Origin: Actinomycetota bacterium
GTDB lineage: Bacteria; Actinomycetota; Acidimicrobiia; Acidimicrobiales; Ilumatobacteraceae
NCBI GenBank assembly: GCA_037142305.1
Contig: JBAXAW010000001.1
Location: forward strand, 1-57,747
Direction of reading: 5' to 3'
DNA length: 57,747 nucleotides
The translations under genes were made by a program, and so were the position numbers. A model generated the notes under the pieces. That model saw nothing but the letters and a program-made list of their open reading frames with translations, did no database searches and had not been told where the DNA came from. How positions within the stretch are numbered: the first letter of the stretch is position 1; the number at the start of each line of letters is the position of its first letter. Below are positions 48,268-57,747 of the stretch, piece after piece.

Positions 48268-48740
48268 TGGCTAGCGAATCATCAATTGAAGTTGGTAGTC
48301 AGGCTCCAGATTTTTCATTGCCTGGCACAGGCGGTAAGAATTATTCGTTATCTCAATTTCGTGGCACCGCTGTCGTGCTTGTGTTTTATCCTGGCGACTC
48401 GACAGCGGTCTGCACCAAACAGTTGTGTTCTTACAATGACGAGCTTTCGCAGTTCTCAAATGTGGGTGCGCAAGTATTGGCAATTTCTCACCAAGACATG
48501 GCAAGTCATGACAAATTTGCGGCCAAACACAATTTTAAGTTTCCGCTACTGTCTGATCCGGATAAAAAAGTCCTAAGCGATTACGGAGTTGTCGGATTCG
48601 CAGGGATGCCGAGGCGAAGTGTCTTCGTAATCGACCCAAATGGTGTAGTCAAATATGTGCATCGAGCACTTGTTGGAGTCACCTTTAGACCAGTCAAAGA
48701 GTTGATTCAAGCAGTCGCTGACACCCAGACAGGTATCTAG
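48267..48740 (+). CDS. bcp: Peroxiredoxin (Bcp-type thiol peroxidase)
   Basis: 157 aa. APDFSLPG...[18 protein letters not shown] carries the peroxidatic and resolving Cys spaced as in Bcp. The ATG overlaps the yebC stop. Confidence 0.85.
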   Translation: MASESSIEVGSQAPDFSLPGTGGKNYSLSQFRGTAVVLVFYPGDSTAVCTKQLCSYNDELSQFSNVGAQVLAISHQDMASHDKFAAKHNFKFPLLSDPDKKVLSDYGVVGFAGMPRRSVFVIDPNGVVKYVHRALVGVTFRPVKELIQAVADTQTGI

Positions 48741-48753
48741 TAACCTTGAACAT

Positions 48754-49317
48754 ATGTTCGCCCAGTCAACAGGCATCGTCGACCAGGTTCATCAGCGCAA
48801 TACTTCGGTCGTTCTCGGCATTGACCCTGGTTTAACGAGATGCGGTTATGCGGTGTTAGAGGTTCAAGGAGCGACCCAGATAACGATGCGTGCGCTTGGC
48901 GTGTTGCGCACGAGTCCTGAGCAAGCATTGCCACAGCGACTCGCCGAAATAAGTTTAGAAATTGAAGAACTTTTAGACGAGTACCATCCTTCAGTTGTCG
49001 CTGTTGAACACATTTTTTTTCAATCCAATGTGCGCACAGCAATGAGCGTTGGTCAGGTGAGTGGTCTTGCGCTAAGTGCCGCTGCTCGCCGTGGTTTGCA
49101 AGTTGAGCAGTACACGCCGAATCAAGTAAAGCTTGCGATCACTGGTTGGGGAGGAGCCGATAAAGCGCAGGTGCAAAAAATGGTTAAACAACGACTCGGT
49201 CTTAATACGATTCCGAAACCTGCTGACGCCGCTGACGCCGCAGCGATTGCACTGTGTCATATCGCTTCAAGTAGTTTGGCGCAAAAAATTTCTGAAGCCA
49301 AAGTGCGGTCGGCATGA
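48754..49317 (+). CDS. ruvC: Holliday junction resolvase RuvC
   Basis: 187 aa with VLGIDPGLTRCGYAVLE and the C-terminal DAADAAAIALCH motif. Confidence 0.9.
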   Translation: MFAQSTGIVDQVHQRNTSVVLGIDPGLTRCGYAVLEVQGATQITMRALGVLRTSPEQALPQRLAEISLEIEELLDEYHPSVVAVEHIFFQSNVRTAMSVGQVSGLALSAAARRGLQVEQYTPNQVKLAITGWGGADKAQVQKMVKQRLGLNTIPKPADAADAAAIALCHIASSSLAQKISEAKVRSA

Positions 49318-49901
49318 TTGGTTCATTGCGCGGAACAATTTTAGAACGAACAACTGAATCAACAGTGTTGATTGAGACCAACGGCATCGGGTATCTAGTG
49401 CATGTGACGCCACGAACATTGGGCGAGCTTGAACCAACTTCTGATGCATTCATTTATGTGCATCACTATGTTCGCGAAGATGCTCAAACTCTTTATGGTT
49501 TTCTTGATCGCGATGAGCGACGGTGCTTCGAAATTCTGCTTGCTACGCATGGTGTCGGTCCAAATATGGCGATGACAATTTTGGCAACACACTCGCCAAG
49601 AGCACTCGTCGACATCGTTGCCAGTTCAGATATTCCTGCGTTGACACTGGTTTCTGGCGTGGGCAAAAAAACAGCAGAGCGACTGCTGATTGAGTTGAAG
49701 AGTCGACTACACCTGAATATTTTAGAATCCAGCAACGCATTGAATGGCTCGTCAAGCATTGGCGATGTCCGTGATGCACTCTCGGGTCTTGGTTATTCAA
49801 GCGAAGAGATTCGCGATGTGCTTCGCGAGATGTCTGCAAGTAACGATTCTGAGGCGATGTTGCGTGAAGCACTAAATATGTTGGGCGCTCGTCGTGCGTG
49901 A
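49314..49901 (+). CDS. ruvA: Holliday junction branch-migration complex subunit RuvA
   Basis: 195 aa with MIGSLRGTI, helix-hairpin-helix GVGPNMA / [10 protein letters not shown] and a domain III tail. The ATGA start overlaps the ruvC stop. Confidence 0.92.
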   Translation: MIGSLRGTILERTTESTVLIETNGIGYLVHVTPRTLGELEPTSDAFIYVHHYVREDAQTLYGFLDRDERRCFEILLATHGVGPNMAMTILATHSPRALVDIVASSDIPALTLVSGVGKKTAERLLIELKSRLHLNILESSNALNGSSSIGDVRDALSGLGYSSEEIRDVLREMSASNDSEAMLREALNMLGARRA

Positions 49902-50913
49902 AGAATTCACAGATCCGGCTCTGACTACAGATCCTGCCGATCATGACGATATTGGTCTGCGACCAAAGTCATTAAGCGATTTTGTTGGGCAACGAGAACT
50001 TAAAGAACATCTCGGGATTGTTCTTGAGGCCGCGCGCAAGCGAGAGCAGTCTGCCGACCATATTTTGTTGGCTGGACCACCGGGCTTAGGCAAGACAACG
50101 ATGGCGGGCATTGTCGCTAGTGAAATGTCGGCCAAGATTCACATTACGTCGGGCCCAGCGCTTGAGCGTGCTGGTGACCTCGCGGCAATTTTAACGAAGC
50201 TTGATGTCAATGATGTTTTGTTCATCGACGAGATTCACCGACTGTCACGACAAGTTGAAGAGATTCTCTATCCCGCAATGGAAGATTTTCAAATTGACAT
50301 CGTTGTAGGCAAAGGTGCCTCGGCGTCGTCTATTCGACTGACTTTGCCACGGTTCACGCTTATTGGCGCGACAACGCGAACGGGCATGATTACTGGTCCG
50401 CTTCGCGATCGTTTCGGTCTGGTCGCACGACTTGATTTTTATGAAGTTGACGAACTCGAACTGATCGTGCAGCGCACGGCGAAGATTTTAAGAGTGCCGA
50501 TTAATGCAGATGGTGCGCATGAGATTGCACGACGATCGCGCGGAACCCCGCGTATTGCTAATCGATTGTTGCGGCGCGTTCGTGATCATGCCGAAGTTCG
50601 CGGTGATGGCCAAGTGACAGAAAAAAGTGCGCGTCAAGCACTTGAAGTTTTCGGTGTCGATGACTTGGGTTTAGACAAGGTTGATCGAGCCATCTTGTCG
50701 GCTTTGTGTCGACAATTTGGCGGTGGACCAGTTGGTTTATCAACCTTGGCAATTTCGGTTAGCGAGCAAACTGAAACTATCGAAGATGTCTACGAGCCTT
50801 TTTTGATTCAGCAAGGGTTACTCGCGCGTACACCGCGCGGTCGTGTTGCGATGCCTTTGGCATGGCGCCATATTGGCGAATCACCGCCCGCATCTGCGCC
50901 AGAATTATTCTAA
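49894..50913 (+). CDS. ruvB: Holliday junction DNA helicase RuvB
   Basis: 339 aa with Walker [10 protein letters not shown], Walker [10 protein letters not shown] and [16 protein letters not shown]. Confidence 0.95.
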   Translation: MREEFTDPALTTDPADHDDIGLRPKSLSDFVGQRELKEHLGIVLEAARKREQSADHILLAGPPGLGKTTMAGIVASEMSAKIHITSGPALERAGDLAAILTKLDVNDVLFIDEIHRLSRQVEEILYPAMEDFQIDIVVGKGASASSIRLTLPRFTLIGATTRTGMITGPLRDRFGLVARLDFYEVDELELIVQRTAKILRVPINADGAHEIARRSRGTPRIANRLLRRVRDHAEVRGDGQVTEKSARQALEVFGVDDLGLDKVDRAILSALCRQFGGGPVGLSTLAISVSEQTETIEDVYEPFLIQQGLLARTPRGRVAMPLAWRHIGESPPASAPELF

Positions 50914-50925
50914 AATTTTGCTGCC

Positions 50926-51939
50926 GTGCGACTAGAAGATTTTGACTATCAGTTACCCCATGAACTTATTGCGCAGACACCGTTAGAGCCGCGCGATTCT
51001 GCGCGACTATTAGTAGATCAAGGTGATCGCGACCCAAGCCACAAACATGTAAGTGACTTTCTTGAGTTTTGTGGGCAAGGTGATGTTCTTGTTGTAAATG
51101 ATACGAAGGTGATTCCGGCAAGGCTCCGGCTGTTGCGTCAATCGGGTGGTGCTGCTGAAGTGTTATTGCTTGAGCGACACGGTTCAGCACCAGAAACTTG
51201 GGAGGCCTTAATTCGACCAGCCAAGCGATTGAAACTCGGTGAGATTTTGTTTGCAAGTGACGGAACTGCACTTATTCGCATCGGTGAGCGAACCGCTGCG
51301 GGCGATACTTTTTTGGTGAGTTTGTTGGTGACAAATAACAGTGTTGAAGAATCACTTGTCAAATATGGCGAGATGCCTTTGCCGCCATATATAACGACAA
51401 CGCTTTCGCAACCGGATCGCTATCAGACGATTTATGCAAATAGACCAGCATCAGCAGCGGCGCCTACAGCCGGATTGCATTTCACTGAAACTTTGTTAGA
51501 AGCTCTGCGCAATAAAGGTGTAAAAATATTGACAGTTGATTTAACTGTTGGCTTAGACACTTTTGCGCCAGTAAGCCATAGTGATCCGCGCGATCATCCA
51601 ATGCACACCGAAAGTTATCGCGTTGGTGCTGAAATTCTGGAGCAATGTCAATTGGCTAAACGTGTCATCGCAGTGGGCACGACCGCCACACGAGCACTTG
51701 AGTCGGCAGCAACTACTGGAGTTCTAACTGGCAGAACAAATATGTTTATTTCTCAGGGCTACGAATTTAAGATTGTCGATTTGTTGCTGACTAATTTTCA
51801 CATGCCGCGCACAACTTTATTGATGCTTGTTGATGCGTTTATCGGCCCGCGTTGGAAGTCGCTATATGAAATTGCAATTCAAGAGAAATATCGAATGTTG
51901 TCTTTTGGTGATGCGATGTTATTAGACCGGAGACTTTAA
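50926..51939 (+). CDS. queA: S-adenosylmethionine:tRNA ribosyltransferase-isomerase QueA
   Basis: 337 aa with (M)RLEDFDYQLPHELIAQ, YQTIYA and AVGTTATRALES motifs. Confidence 0.9.
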   Translation: MRLEDFDYQLPHELIAQTPLEPRDSARLLVDQGDRDPSHKHVSDFLEFCGQGDVLVVNDTKVIPARLRLLRQSGGAAEVLLLERHGSAPETWEALIRPAKRLKLGEILFASDGTALIRIGERTAAGDTFLVSLLVTNNSVEESLVKYGEMPLPPYITTTLSQPDRYQTIYANRPASAAAPTAGLHFTETLLEALRNKGVKILTVDLTVGLDTFAPVSHSDPRDHPMHTESYRVGAEILEQCQLAKRVIAVGTTATRALESAATTGVLTGRTNMFISQGYEFKIVDLLLTNFHMPRTTLLMLVDAFIGPRWKSLYEIAIQEKYRMLSFGDAMLLDRRL

Positions 51940-51996
51940 ACAACTAATAATTTGAACTAGCGATTTGCATTAGCAAGTTAGATACCGTGAGGTGCA

Positions 51997-53115
51997 ATGT
52001 TCGCCGTTGAATTTAAAGAAACTGCCCGTCAGGGCGATGCTCGCACAGGTGTGGCTTCAACTCATCGCGGCGATTACGAGACTCCTTGTTTTATGCCTGT
52101 TGGTACGCGCGGCGCAATTCGACATTTGAGTGCCCAAGATTATGAAGAACTCGGAGCACGAATTGTGCTCGGCAATACATATCACTTGATGTTGCGACCA
52201 GGCGCACAAGTTGTTGCAGATCTCGGTGGACTTGGTCAGTTCGCCGGATGGAAAGGCTTAACCCTCACAGACTCAGGTGGGTTTCAAGTATTTTCGCTCA
52301 ACCCAGATGTCGACGACGAGGGAGTCTCTTTTCGATCAACCTACGACGGCTCGATGCATCGGTTCACTCCGCAGTCGGCAGTGAAAACTCAAGAGTTGCT
52401 CGGCGCCGACATACAGATGGTGCTGGATGTTTGCGCGCCACTCCCGTCATCAGATGAAGTTATTCGTCTCGCGCTTAAGCGAACATCGCAGTGGGCGAAG
52501 CAAGCACGCGACAGTCACACGCGAGCAGATCAAAGTTTGTTTGGCATTGTGCAAGGCGGTGTTGACCCAGTGTTGCGTCGCGAGAGCGCGAAAATAACTG
52601 CTGATTTAAATTTTGATGGTTATGGGATTGGCGGATTGTCGGTGGGTGAGACTCGCGAAGAAATGTTGATCGCCCTAGCAGCAGCAATTGAGCATCTGCC
52701 AAAAAATCGACCGAGATATTTGATGGGAGTAGGCGACCCTGCATCATTGGTCGAAGCGGTCAATCTCGGCGTAGATCAGTTTGACTGTGTGATGCAAACA
52801 AGAATTGGTCGACACGGTACTGCACTCACTTCGACTGGAAAGTTAAATATCACTCGTTCAGAGTTCATAACTAGTCAAGACCCGATTGATTCAGCGTGTT
52901 CGTGTTCGGTTTGCGCCAGGCACACCCGTGGTTATATTCGACATTTATTTCAAGTAAATGAACCGACCGCTGCACGACTTGTTTCTCTGCACAATGTTGC
53001 CTTCACACTTAACTTGATGTCGCAAATGCGATCATCCATAGCGCAAGGCAATTTTGCCGAGTTTCGTAAGACGCTTTTGGCCACATGGGCTGGCCCTGTT
53101 AACGACAAGCGGTAA
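51997..53115 (+). CDS. tgt: Queuine tRNA-ribosyltransferase Tgt
   Basis: 372 aa with TPCFMPVGT, LTDSGGFQV, GLSVGE and the zinc site CSCSVCARH. Confidence 0.92.
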   Translation: MFAVEFKETARQGDARTGVASTHRGDYETPCFMPVGTRGAIRHLSAQDYEELGARIVLGNTYHLMLRPGAQVVADLGGLGQFAGWKGLTLTDSGGFQVFSLNPDVDDEGVSFRSTYDGSMHRFTPQSAVKTQELLGADIQMVLDVCAPLPSSDEVIRLALKRTSQWAKQARDSHTRADQSLFGIVQGGVDPVLRRESAKITADLNFDGYGIGGLSVGETREEMLIALAAAIEHLPKNRPRYLMGVGDPASLVEAVNLGVDQFDCVMQTRIGRHGTALTSTGKLNITRSEFITSQDPIDSACSCSVCARHTRGYIRHLFQVNEPTAARLVSLHNVAFTLNLMSQMRSSIAQGNFAEFRKTLLATWAGPVNDKR

Positions 53116-53134
53116 GCCACTAGACTATGTCGCT

Positions 53135-53515
53135 ATGTCTATTACTCTCGCCTACGCAGTCATTTTAAAGCTTTCAGTACTAGCGGCTGAAACTAAGACA
53201 AAGAGCAATCCGATATTGAGCATGTTGCCTTTGGTCTTAATCTTCGCTGCGATGTACTTCTTGCTACTTCGCCCGCAGCGCAAGCGCCAAAAAGAGACAG
53301 CAAATTTGCAGTCGAGCATTGCGGAAGGTGATGAAGTGATAATGAACTCAGGTATTTACGGCTTCGTGTCGGCGATTGAAGATGATCTTTTATGGATTGA
53401 AATCGCCGAAAAAGTTGAAGTTCGAGTAACTAAGGGTTCGATCGCTCGCAAGGTTTCAGTACCTGCTGAAGAGAATATGGTCGATAAGAAATCCGATAAG
53501 AAATCAAAAAATTAA
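53135..53515 (+). CDS. yajC: Preprotein translocase subunit YajC
   Basis: ATG at 53135 lies after the tgt stop. The TM segment plus YFLLLRPQRKRQKE motif and GDEVIMNSGIYG are present. A later start at MLPLV is possible. Confidence 0.8.
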   Translation: MSITLAYAVILKLSVLAAETKTKSNPILSMLPLVLIFAAMYFLLLRPQRKRQKETANLQSSIAEGDEVIMNSGIYGFVSAIEDDLLWIEIAEKVEVRVTKGSIARKVSVPAEENMVDKKSDKKSKN

Positions 53516-53557
53516 TCGAAATCTAATTCTCGCTAATCGAAAAGATGTACAAAATAA

Positions 53558-55123
53558 ATGAATAAGCGTCGTCACATAATTTCACTGGTCCTGCTAGTAG
53601 TTGTAGTCCTCGGCTCATTCACTGCCAATCTGATCGCTGGCAATAAGCCGGCGCTTGGACTTGACCTGCAAGGTGGAGCGTCGGTAACTTTGCAACCAGA
53701 AGGCGAATACGATAAAGCGAATCTTGATGTTGCAGTAGAAATTATCCGCGCAAGAGTTGACTCAATCGGTGTGGCTGAACCCGAAATTATTTTGCAGGGT
53801 GGCACTGTGATTGTCAACTTGCCTGGTGTCAAAGATCAGCAACAAGCCCTCGACATTATTGGTCGCACGGGAGAATTGCTTTTGCGTCCTGTGTTGCAGA
53901 CTGGAATGCTCAAAGACAATGGGTCGACAACGATCCCCGGTGACGCTACACAAGACACGAAACAGCCGGCGGTGACCGACACCGTTCCAGTTGCTGGCGG
54001 TCCAGGAAGCTCACGACATATAAATACTTCGACCGTAACTAGTACAACAGTTCCGGTTAGCGGTTCAACAACAGTTCCGGTTTTAGATTCGGCAACTGTG
54101 GCGCCAACTGATGCGGCAGCTGTGCCGAAAGTTGAACTCGGTACTGATCCAAATGATCCGACTCAAACAGTGCTGTTACTCGATAAGCAGGGCATCGCCT
54201 ATGTAGTCGGACCAGCGGGCGCATCTGGAAAAGTATTTAAAAATGATGCTCGAGCAGATGTACAGACAGGCAAATGGACAGTTGTTGTGAGTTTGCGAAG
54301 TGGTGCCGATGGAGATGTGCAATGGAACAAAATGGCCGCTGCTTGCTTCAATAGAACCGAAGTCTGTCCGACTGGGCAGTTGGCAATGGTTCTAGATGGA
54401 ACGGTCATTTCTGCACCAACAGTTAACGAACCAGAGTTCACAGGTGGAAGTGTGCAAATTAGTGGAGCGTTTACTGCCACTGAAGCACGAGACTTAGCCA
54501 AGATTCTTGAATTCGGCGCCGTACCAGTGCGATTTGGGGTGTCACAAGCTCAGACGGTCTCGGCAACACTAGGAACAGATTCGCTTCGTGCCGCAATTAT
54601 TTCTGGAATCGTCGGAATCCTGCTTGTACTGATTTTGTTGATTGCGTATTACCGCTTGATGGCGCTATTCGTGGTTGCAGGTATGACTATCTCTATTGCA
54701 CTTTTATGGAGTTTGATTTCGGTTCTGTCTCGTACAAATGGTTTGGCGTTGTCTCTTTCGGGTATTGCAGGCATCATCGTTTCAATTGGTATTGCTGTTG
54801 ACTCTTATATTGTTTTCTTTGAGAGAATTAAAGACGAAATTCGCGTCGGCAAGACACTTAAAAACTCAGTGATTCGTAGTTTCGAGTCAGCTTGGCGAAC
54901 AATTGTGGCAGCCGACATGGTGTCGTTTCTTGCTGCTGCGGTTTTGTGGTTTTTGACCGTGGGTTCAGTGCGTGGGTTCGCATTCTTTCTTGGTATTTCT
55001 GCGCTTACAGATGTCGTTATCACTTATTTCTTCACACGAAGTGCGGTGCTGTTATTTGCACGTTCTAAACGTGTTCAGGGCAAGAAAATTCTTGGCATTC
55101 AAACTGTAAAGCCAGAGGTGTAG
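53558..55123 (+). CDS. secD: Protein translocase subunit SecD
   Basis: 521 aa. LGLDLQGG follows the first TM segment, then a periplasmic domain with a T/V/S-rich insert and a C-terminal 5-TM SecDF core. Confidence 0.9.
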   Translation: MNKRRHIISLVLLVVVVLGSFTANLIAGNKPALGLDLQGGASVTLQPEGEYDKANLDVAVEIIRARVDSIGVAEPEIILQGGTVIVNLPGVKDQQQALDIIGRTGELLLRPVLQTGMLKDNGSTTIPGDATQDTKQPAVTDTVPVAGGPGSSRHINTSTVTSTTVPVSGSTTVPVLDSATVAPTDAAAVPKVELGTDPNDPTQTVLLLDKQGIAYVVGPAGASGKVFKNDARADVQTGKWTVVVSLRSGADGDVQWNKMAAACFNRTEVCPTGQLAMVLDGTVISAPTVNEPEFTGGSVQISGAFTATEARDLAKILEFGAVPVRFGVSQAQTVSATLGTDSLRAAIISGIVGILLVLILLIAYYRLMALFVVAGMTISIALLWSLISVLSRTNGLALSLSGIAGIIVSIGIAVDSYIVFFERIKDEIRVGKTLKNSVIRSFESAWRTIVAADMVSFLAAAVLWFLTVGSVRGFAFFLGISALTDVVITYFFTRSAVLLFARSKRVQGKKILGIQTVKPEV

Positions 55124-55125
55124 CA

Positions 55126-56292
55126 ATGAAAAACATAATCGCAGGTTTAGGTCGTCTCTATCGTGGAGAGACAACGTTCGACTTTATTGGACGGAGGGTG
55201 ATTGGGTTTGCGGTTTCTCTGATAATTGTTGTTGCCGGTGCCGGATCACTGCTGATTCAAGGTCTTGATCTCGGTATTGACTTTCGTGGTGGTGTGGCCT
55301 GGGAAGTGCCATCAGATAGCCCAACAGGCGAACTCACTGATAAAGATGCGCGCGCAGTTTTAGATGCCAACAATATTGAGTCAACGAATGCAAAAATTCA
55401 ATTTTTGACCGGTACAGAAGTCAAAATCATGCGAGTGCAAGTCGGCGATCAAACAGAGCAGGCACGTCTCGCGGTACAAAAATCATTTGCCAAGTTAGCC
55501 AAGGTGCCAGTAGAAGAAGTCAGCGTGTCATCGGTGAGTTCTTCTTGGGGTCGAAGCATTACTGAAAAAGCATTGCGAGCATTACTCGTATTTTTCGTTG
55601 TCGTCTCGTTGTATATTTCATGGCGTCTTGAATGGAAGATGGCACTGACTGCGATTATCGCGATGGCTCATGACGTAATTATCAGCGTGGGAGTTTATTC
55701 ACTTTTTGGTTTTGAAGTCACGCCAGCCACGGTTGTTGCATTTCTCACAATTCTCGGCTTCTCTCTTTATGACACGGTTGTTGTATTCGACCGAGTGCTT
55801 GAGAACTCCAAAAAATTTGCCACCTCTCGTCAATCGTTTGCCAACATCGCAAATATCTCAACTAACGAGGTTTTGGCGCGATCGCTAAATACGACATTGG
55901 CTTCGGCGCTTCCTGTTGTTTCTCTTTTGGTTATGGGTTCGTTCATATTGGGAGCAAAAAGTCTTGAAGATTTTGCAGTTGCATTGCTAGTTGGCATGCT
56001 CGCCGGAACTTACTCGTCAATATTTGTGGCAGTTCCGTTATTGGATATTTTTAAGCAAAACGAACCAAAGTACAAGCCGTTCAAAGGACACATCGCTGTT
56101 GGCACGGCGATGTCAGAATTAATGGGTCATGGCGATATTTCGCGATTGGCAGTCACCAAATCGTCTAAGTCATCAAGTTCTGCAACAACTGAAACTTCTA
56201 CAATCACTAATGAAGAGTTGATCGCACAAGCGTCGCAACGTGCAACGAGCGTTCTAACTCATCCGCCTCGACCTCGTAAGAAACGACGTTAA
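55126..56292 (+). CDS. secF: Protein translocase subunit SecF
   Basis: 388 aa with GLDLGIDFRGG and a SecDF 6-TM core. It lies directly after secD. Confidence 0.9.
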   Translation: MKNIIAGLGRLYRGETTFDFIGRRVIGFAVSLIIVVAGAGSLLIQGLDLGIDFRGGVAWEVPSDSPTGELTDKDARAVLDANNIESTNAKIQFLTGTEVKIMRVQVGDQTEQARLAVQKSFAKLAKVPVEEVSVSSVSSSWGRSITEKALRALLVFFVVVSLYISWRLEWKMALTAIIAMAHDVIISVGVYSLFGFEVTPATVVAFLTILGFSLYDTVVVFDRVLENSKKFATSRQSFANIANISTNEVLARSLNTTLASALPVVSLLVMGSFILGAKSLEDFAVALLVGMLAGTYSSIFVAVPLLDIFKQNEPKYKPFKGHIAVGTAMSELMGHGDISRLAVTKSSKSSSSATTETSTITNEELIAQASQRATSVLTHPPRPRKKRR

Positions 56293-56332
56293 GTTCAGCA
56301 TCTGGCATTTGCGTCGCTACTACGCTTAAGTA

Positions 56333-57747
56333 ATGGGTACAGCATCAAGAGTGCTGCCGTGGCGGCGCCAAAATACAACGATTGCCGAAGAACTTTCGCC
56401 TCTGTTGACGGCGTATAAGTCGCGCCATCCAAAAGGTTCGGTGTCGCAGATTAATTCTGCGTATGAGATGGCTCGGTCGGCTCATGCTTCGCAGAATAGA
56501 TCGAGCGGAGAGTTGTATATCAATCACCCGATTGCGGTTGCTCGTATCGTTGCCGATATTGGCTTAGACGAGACTTCAATTGTTGCAGCCTTGTTGCATG
56601 ATGCTGTTGAAGATACTGAGATCACGCTTGCTGATGTTGAAACAAACTTTGGAGTCGAAGTCGCAACAATTGTTGACGGCGTAACAAAACTTGAGCGTTT
56701 GCATTTTGATTCAAAAGAGGCACAGCAGGCAGCCACGATGCGCAAGATGCTCGTGGCGATGGCACGCGATTTGCGAGTGTTGATGATCAAACTTGCCGAT
56801 CGACTTCACAACATGCGCACAATCGCCGCCGTGCCACACGAGAAGCAACAACGCATCGCCCAAGAGACTCTAGATATTTATGCACCGCTCGCGCATCGAC
56901 TTGGCATGCAAGAGATTAAACAGCAACTTGAAGATCTCGCATTTGCTGCGTTGTACCCTAAGCGCTATGCCGAGCTTGATCAGCTAGTTGCGACGCGAGC
57001 ACCTGAACGCAATGTGTATCTTGCCAAAACAATTGGGCAAGTTCAGCAATGGCTTGCTGAGGTTAAAATTGACGCAGACCTAACTGCACGCGGCAAACAT
57101 CTGTGGAGCATCTACGAAAAGATGGTGCAAAAAGGTAGAGACTTCGACGAAATTCACGACTTGATGGCGATTCGAGTTGTTGTTGACTCAGAAAAAGATT
57201 GTTACGCAGTGCTCGGTGCAATTCACGGCCATTGGAAGCCAATCGTTGGGCGTTTCAAAGATTACATTGCCATGCCGAAATTTAATCTTTATCAGTCACT
57301 GCATACAACAGTCGTTGGGCCTGGAGGAAAGCCAATTGAAGTGCAAATTAGAACGCGCGAGATGCATCGACAAGCCGAATGGGGAGTTGCTTCACATTGG
57401 GCCTACAAAGACTCGAATACGCAAGGCGATATTGATTGGCTGAATCGAATTATTGATTGGCAAGGTGAAGTGTCCGACCCGAGTCAGTTCTTAGAAAATC
57501 TAAAGACCGATCTTGAACAAGATGAACTTTTTGTGTTCACACCAAAGGGTCGAGTAATAACGCTTCCTGTATTTTCAACTCCTGTTGATTTTGCTTACGC
57601 AGTGCATACTGAAGTCGGTCACAGTTGCATGGGCGCCAGGGTTAACGGTCGTCTTGTGCCGCTTGAATACAAACTCACATCGGGCGACACGTGTGAAGTT
57701 TTGGTTTCTCAGGGCGAAATTAATGAGCCATCGCAAGATTGGCTTGA
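56333..57747 (+). CDS. rel: Bifunctional (p)ppGpp synthetase/hydrolase Rel (5' partial; runs off the window end)
   Basis: The frame is open from ATG 56333 to the window end. HD hydrolase motif (HPIAVARIVADIGLD...LLHDAVEDT), synthetase region (DLMAIRVVV, YQSLHTTV) and the start of TGS (FVFTPKGRVITLP) are present. Confidence 0.9.
   Translation, partial: MGTASRVLPWRRQNTTIAEELSPLLTAYKSRHPKGSVSQINSAYEMARSAHASQNRSSGELYINHPIAVARIVADIGLDETSIVAALLHDAVEDTEITLADVETNFGVEVATIVDGVTKLERLHFDSKEAQQAATMRKMLVAMARDLRVLMIKLADRLHNMRTIAAVPHEKQQRIAQETLDIYAPLAHRLGMQEIKQQLEDLAFAALYPKRYAELDQLVATRAPERNVYLAKTIGQVQQWLAEVKIDADLTARGKHLWSIYEKMVQKGRDFDEIHDLMAIRVVVDSEKDCYAVLGAIHGHWKPIVGRFKDYIAMPKFNLYQSLHTTVVGPGGKPIEVQIRTREMHRQAEWGVASHWAYKDSNTQGDIDWLNRIIDWQGEVSDPSQFLENLKTDLEQDELFVFTPKGRVITLPVFSTPVDFAYAVHTEVGHSCMGARVNGRLVPLEYKLTSGDTCEVLVSQGEINEPSQDWL

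Noticed and set aside
53930-54130. Thr/Val/Ser-rich segment with duplicated TTVPV (caacagttccggtt x2) inside SecD.
   Set aside because: It reads as an ordinary low-complexity insert in the variable periplasmic head domain of SecD. It is in frame with no sign of an inserted element.

Overview
This 57.7 kb window looks like core chromosome from a compact Actinobacteriota genome. GC is in the mid-40s % by eye, not computed. About 54 CDS are tightly packed and 49 are on the + strand. Many start/stop codons overlap (ATGA, GTGA, TAATG, TGATG).

Gene order:
- dcw division/cell-wall cluster: rsmH, ftsL-like, ftsI, murE, mraY, murD, ftsW, murG-murC, murB-ftsQ, ftsZ, yggS, sepF, yggT
- ileS, two lysine-rich proteins, lspA, rluD
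- Rrf2 regulator (- strand), NPP-type phosphodiesterase, bpa, dnaE
- a small mixed block: hypothetical, nitroreductase, yyaL/S8 protease/fabI on the - strand, npdG, mshC, plsC
- thrS, HIT, pgsA, patA, pimA (phosphatidylinositol-mannoside cluster)
- lemA, htpX, DUF3048, pdxS, pdxT, yebC, bcp, ruvCAB, queA, tgt, yajC, secDF, and the 5' part of rel

The thrS-to-rel order parallels the Mycobacterium tuberculosis Rv2614c-Rv2583c region. mshC, npdG and an LLM oxidoreductase suggest mycothiol and F420 use.

I found no rRNA, tRNA, CRISPR array, transposase, integrase or recognisable defence system, and no clear novel multi-gene system.

The most unusual content is architectural:
1. murG-murC and murB-ftsQ are each single uninterrupted ORFs, in a dcw cluster that lacks murF, ddl, pgeF and divIVA.
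2. A cysteine-free DksA/TraR-like domain is fused to a lysine-rich region with 13 KKKL(E/D)L repeats, preceded by a paralogous lysine-rich small ORF.
3. The FtsL-like protein has an Arg-every-4th-residue repeat tail.
4. A 5 x 13-nt tandem repeat sits just upstream of pgsA.

All functional calls rest on motif and synteny recognition by eye. No database search was run.
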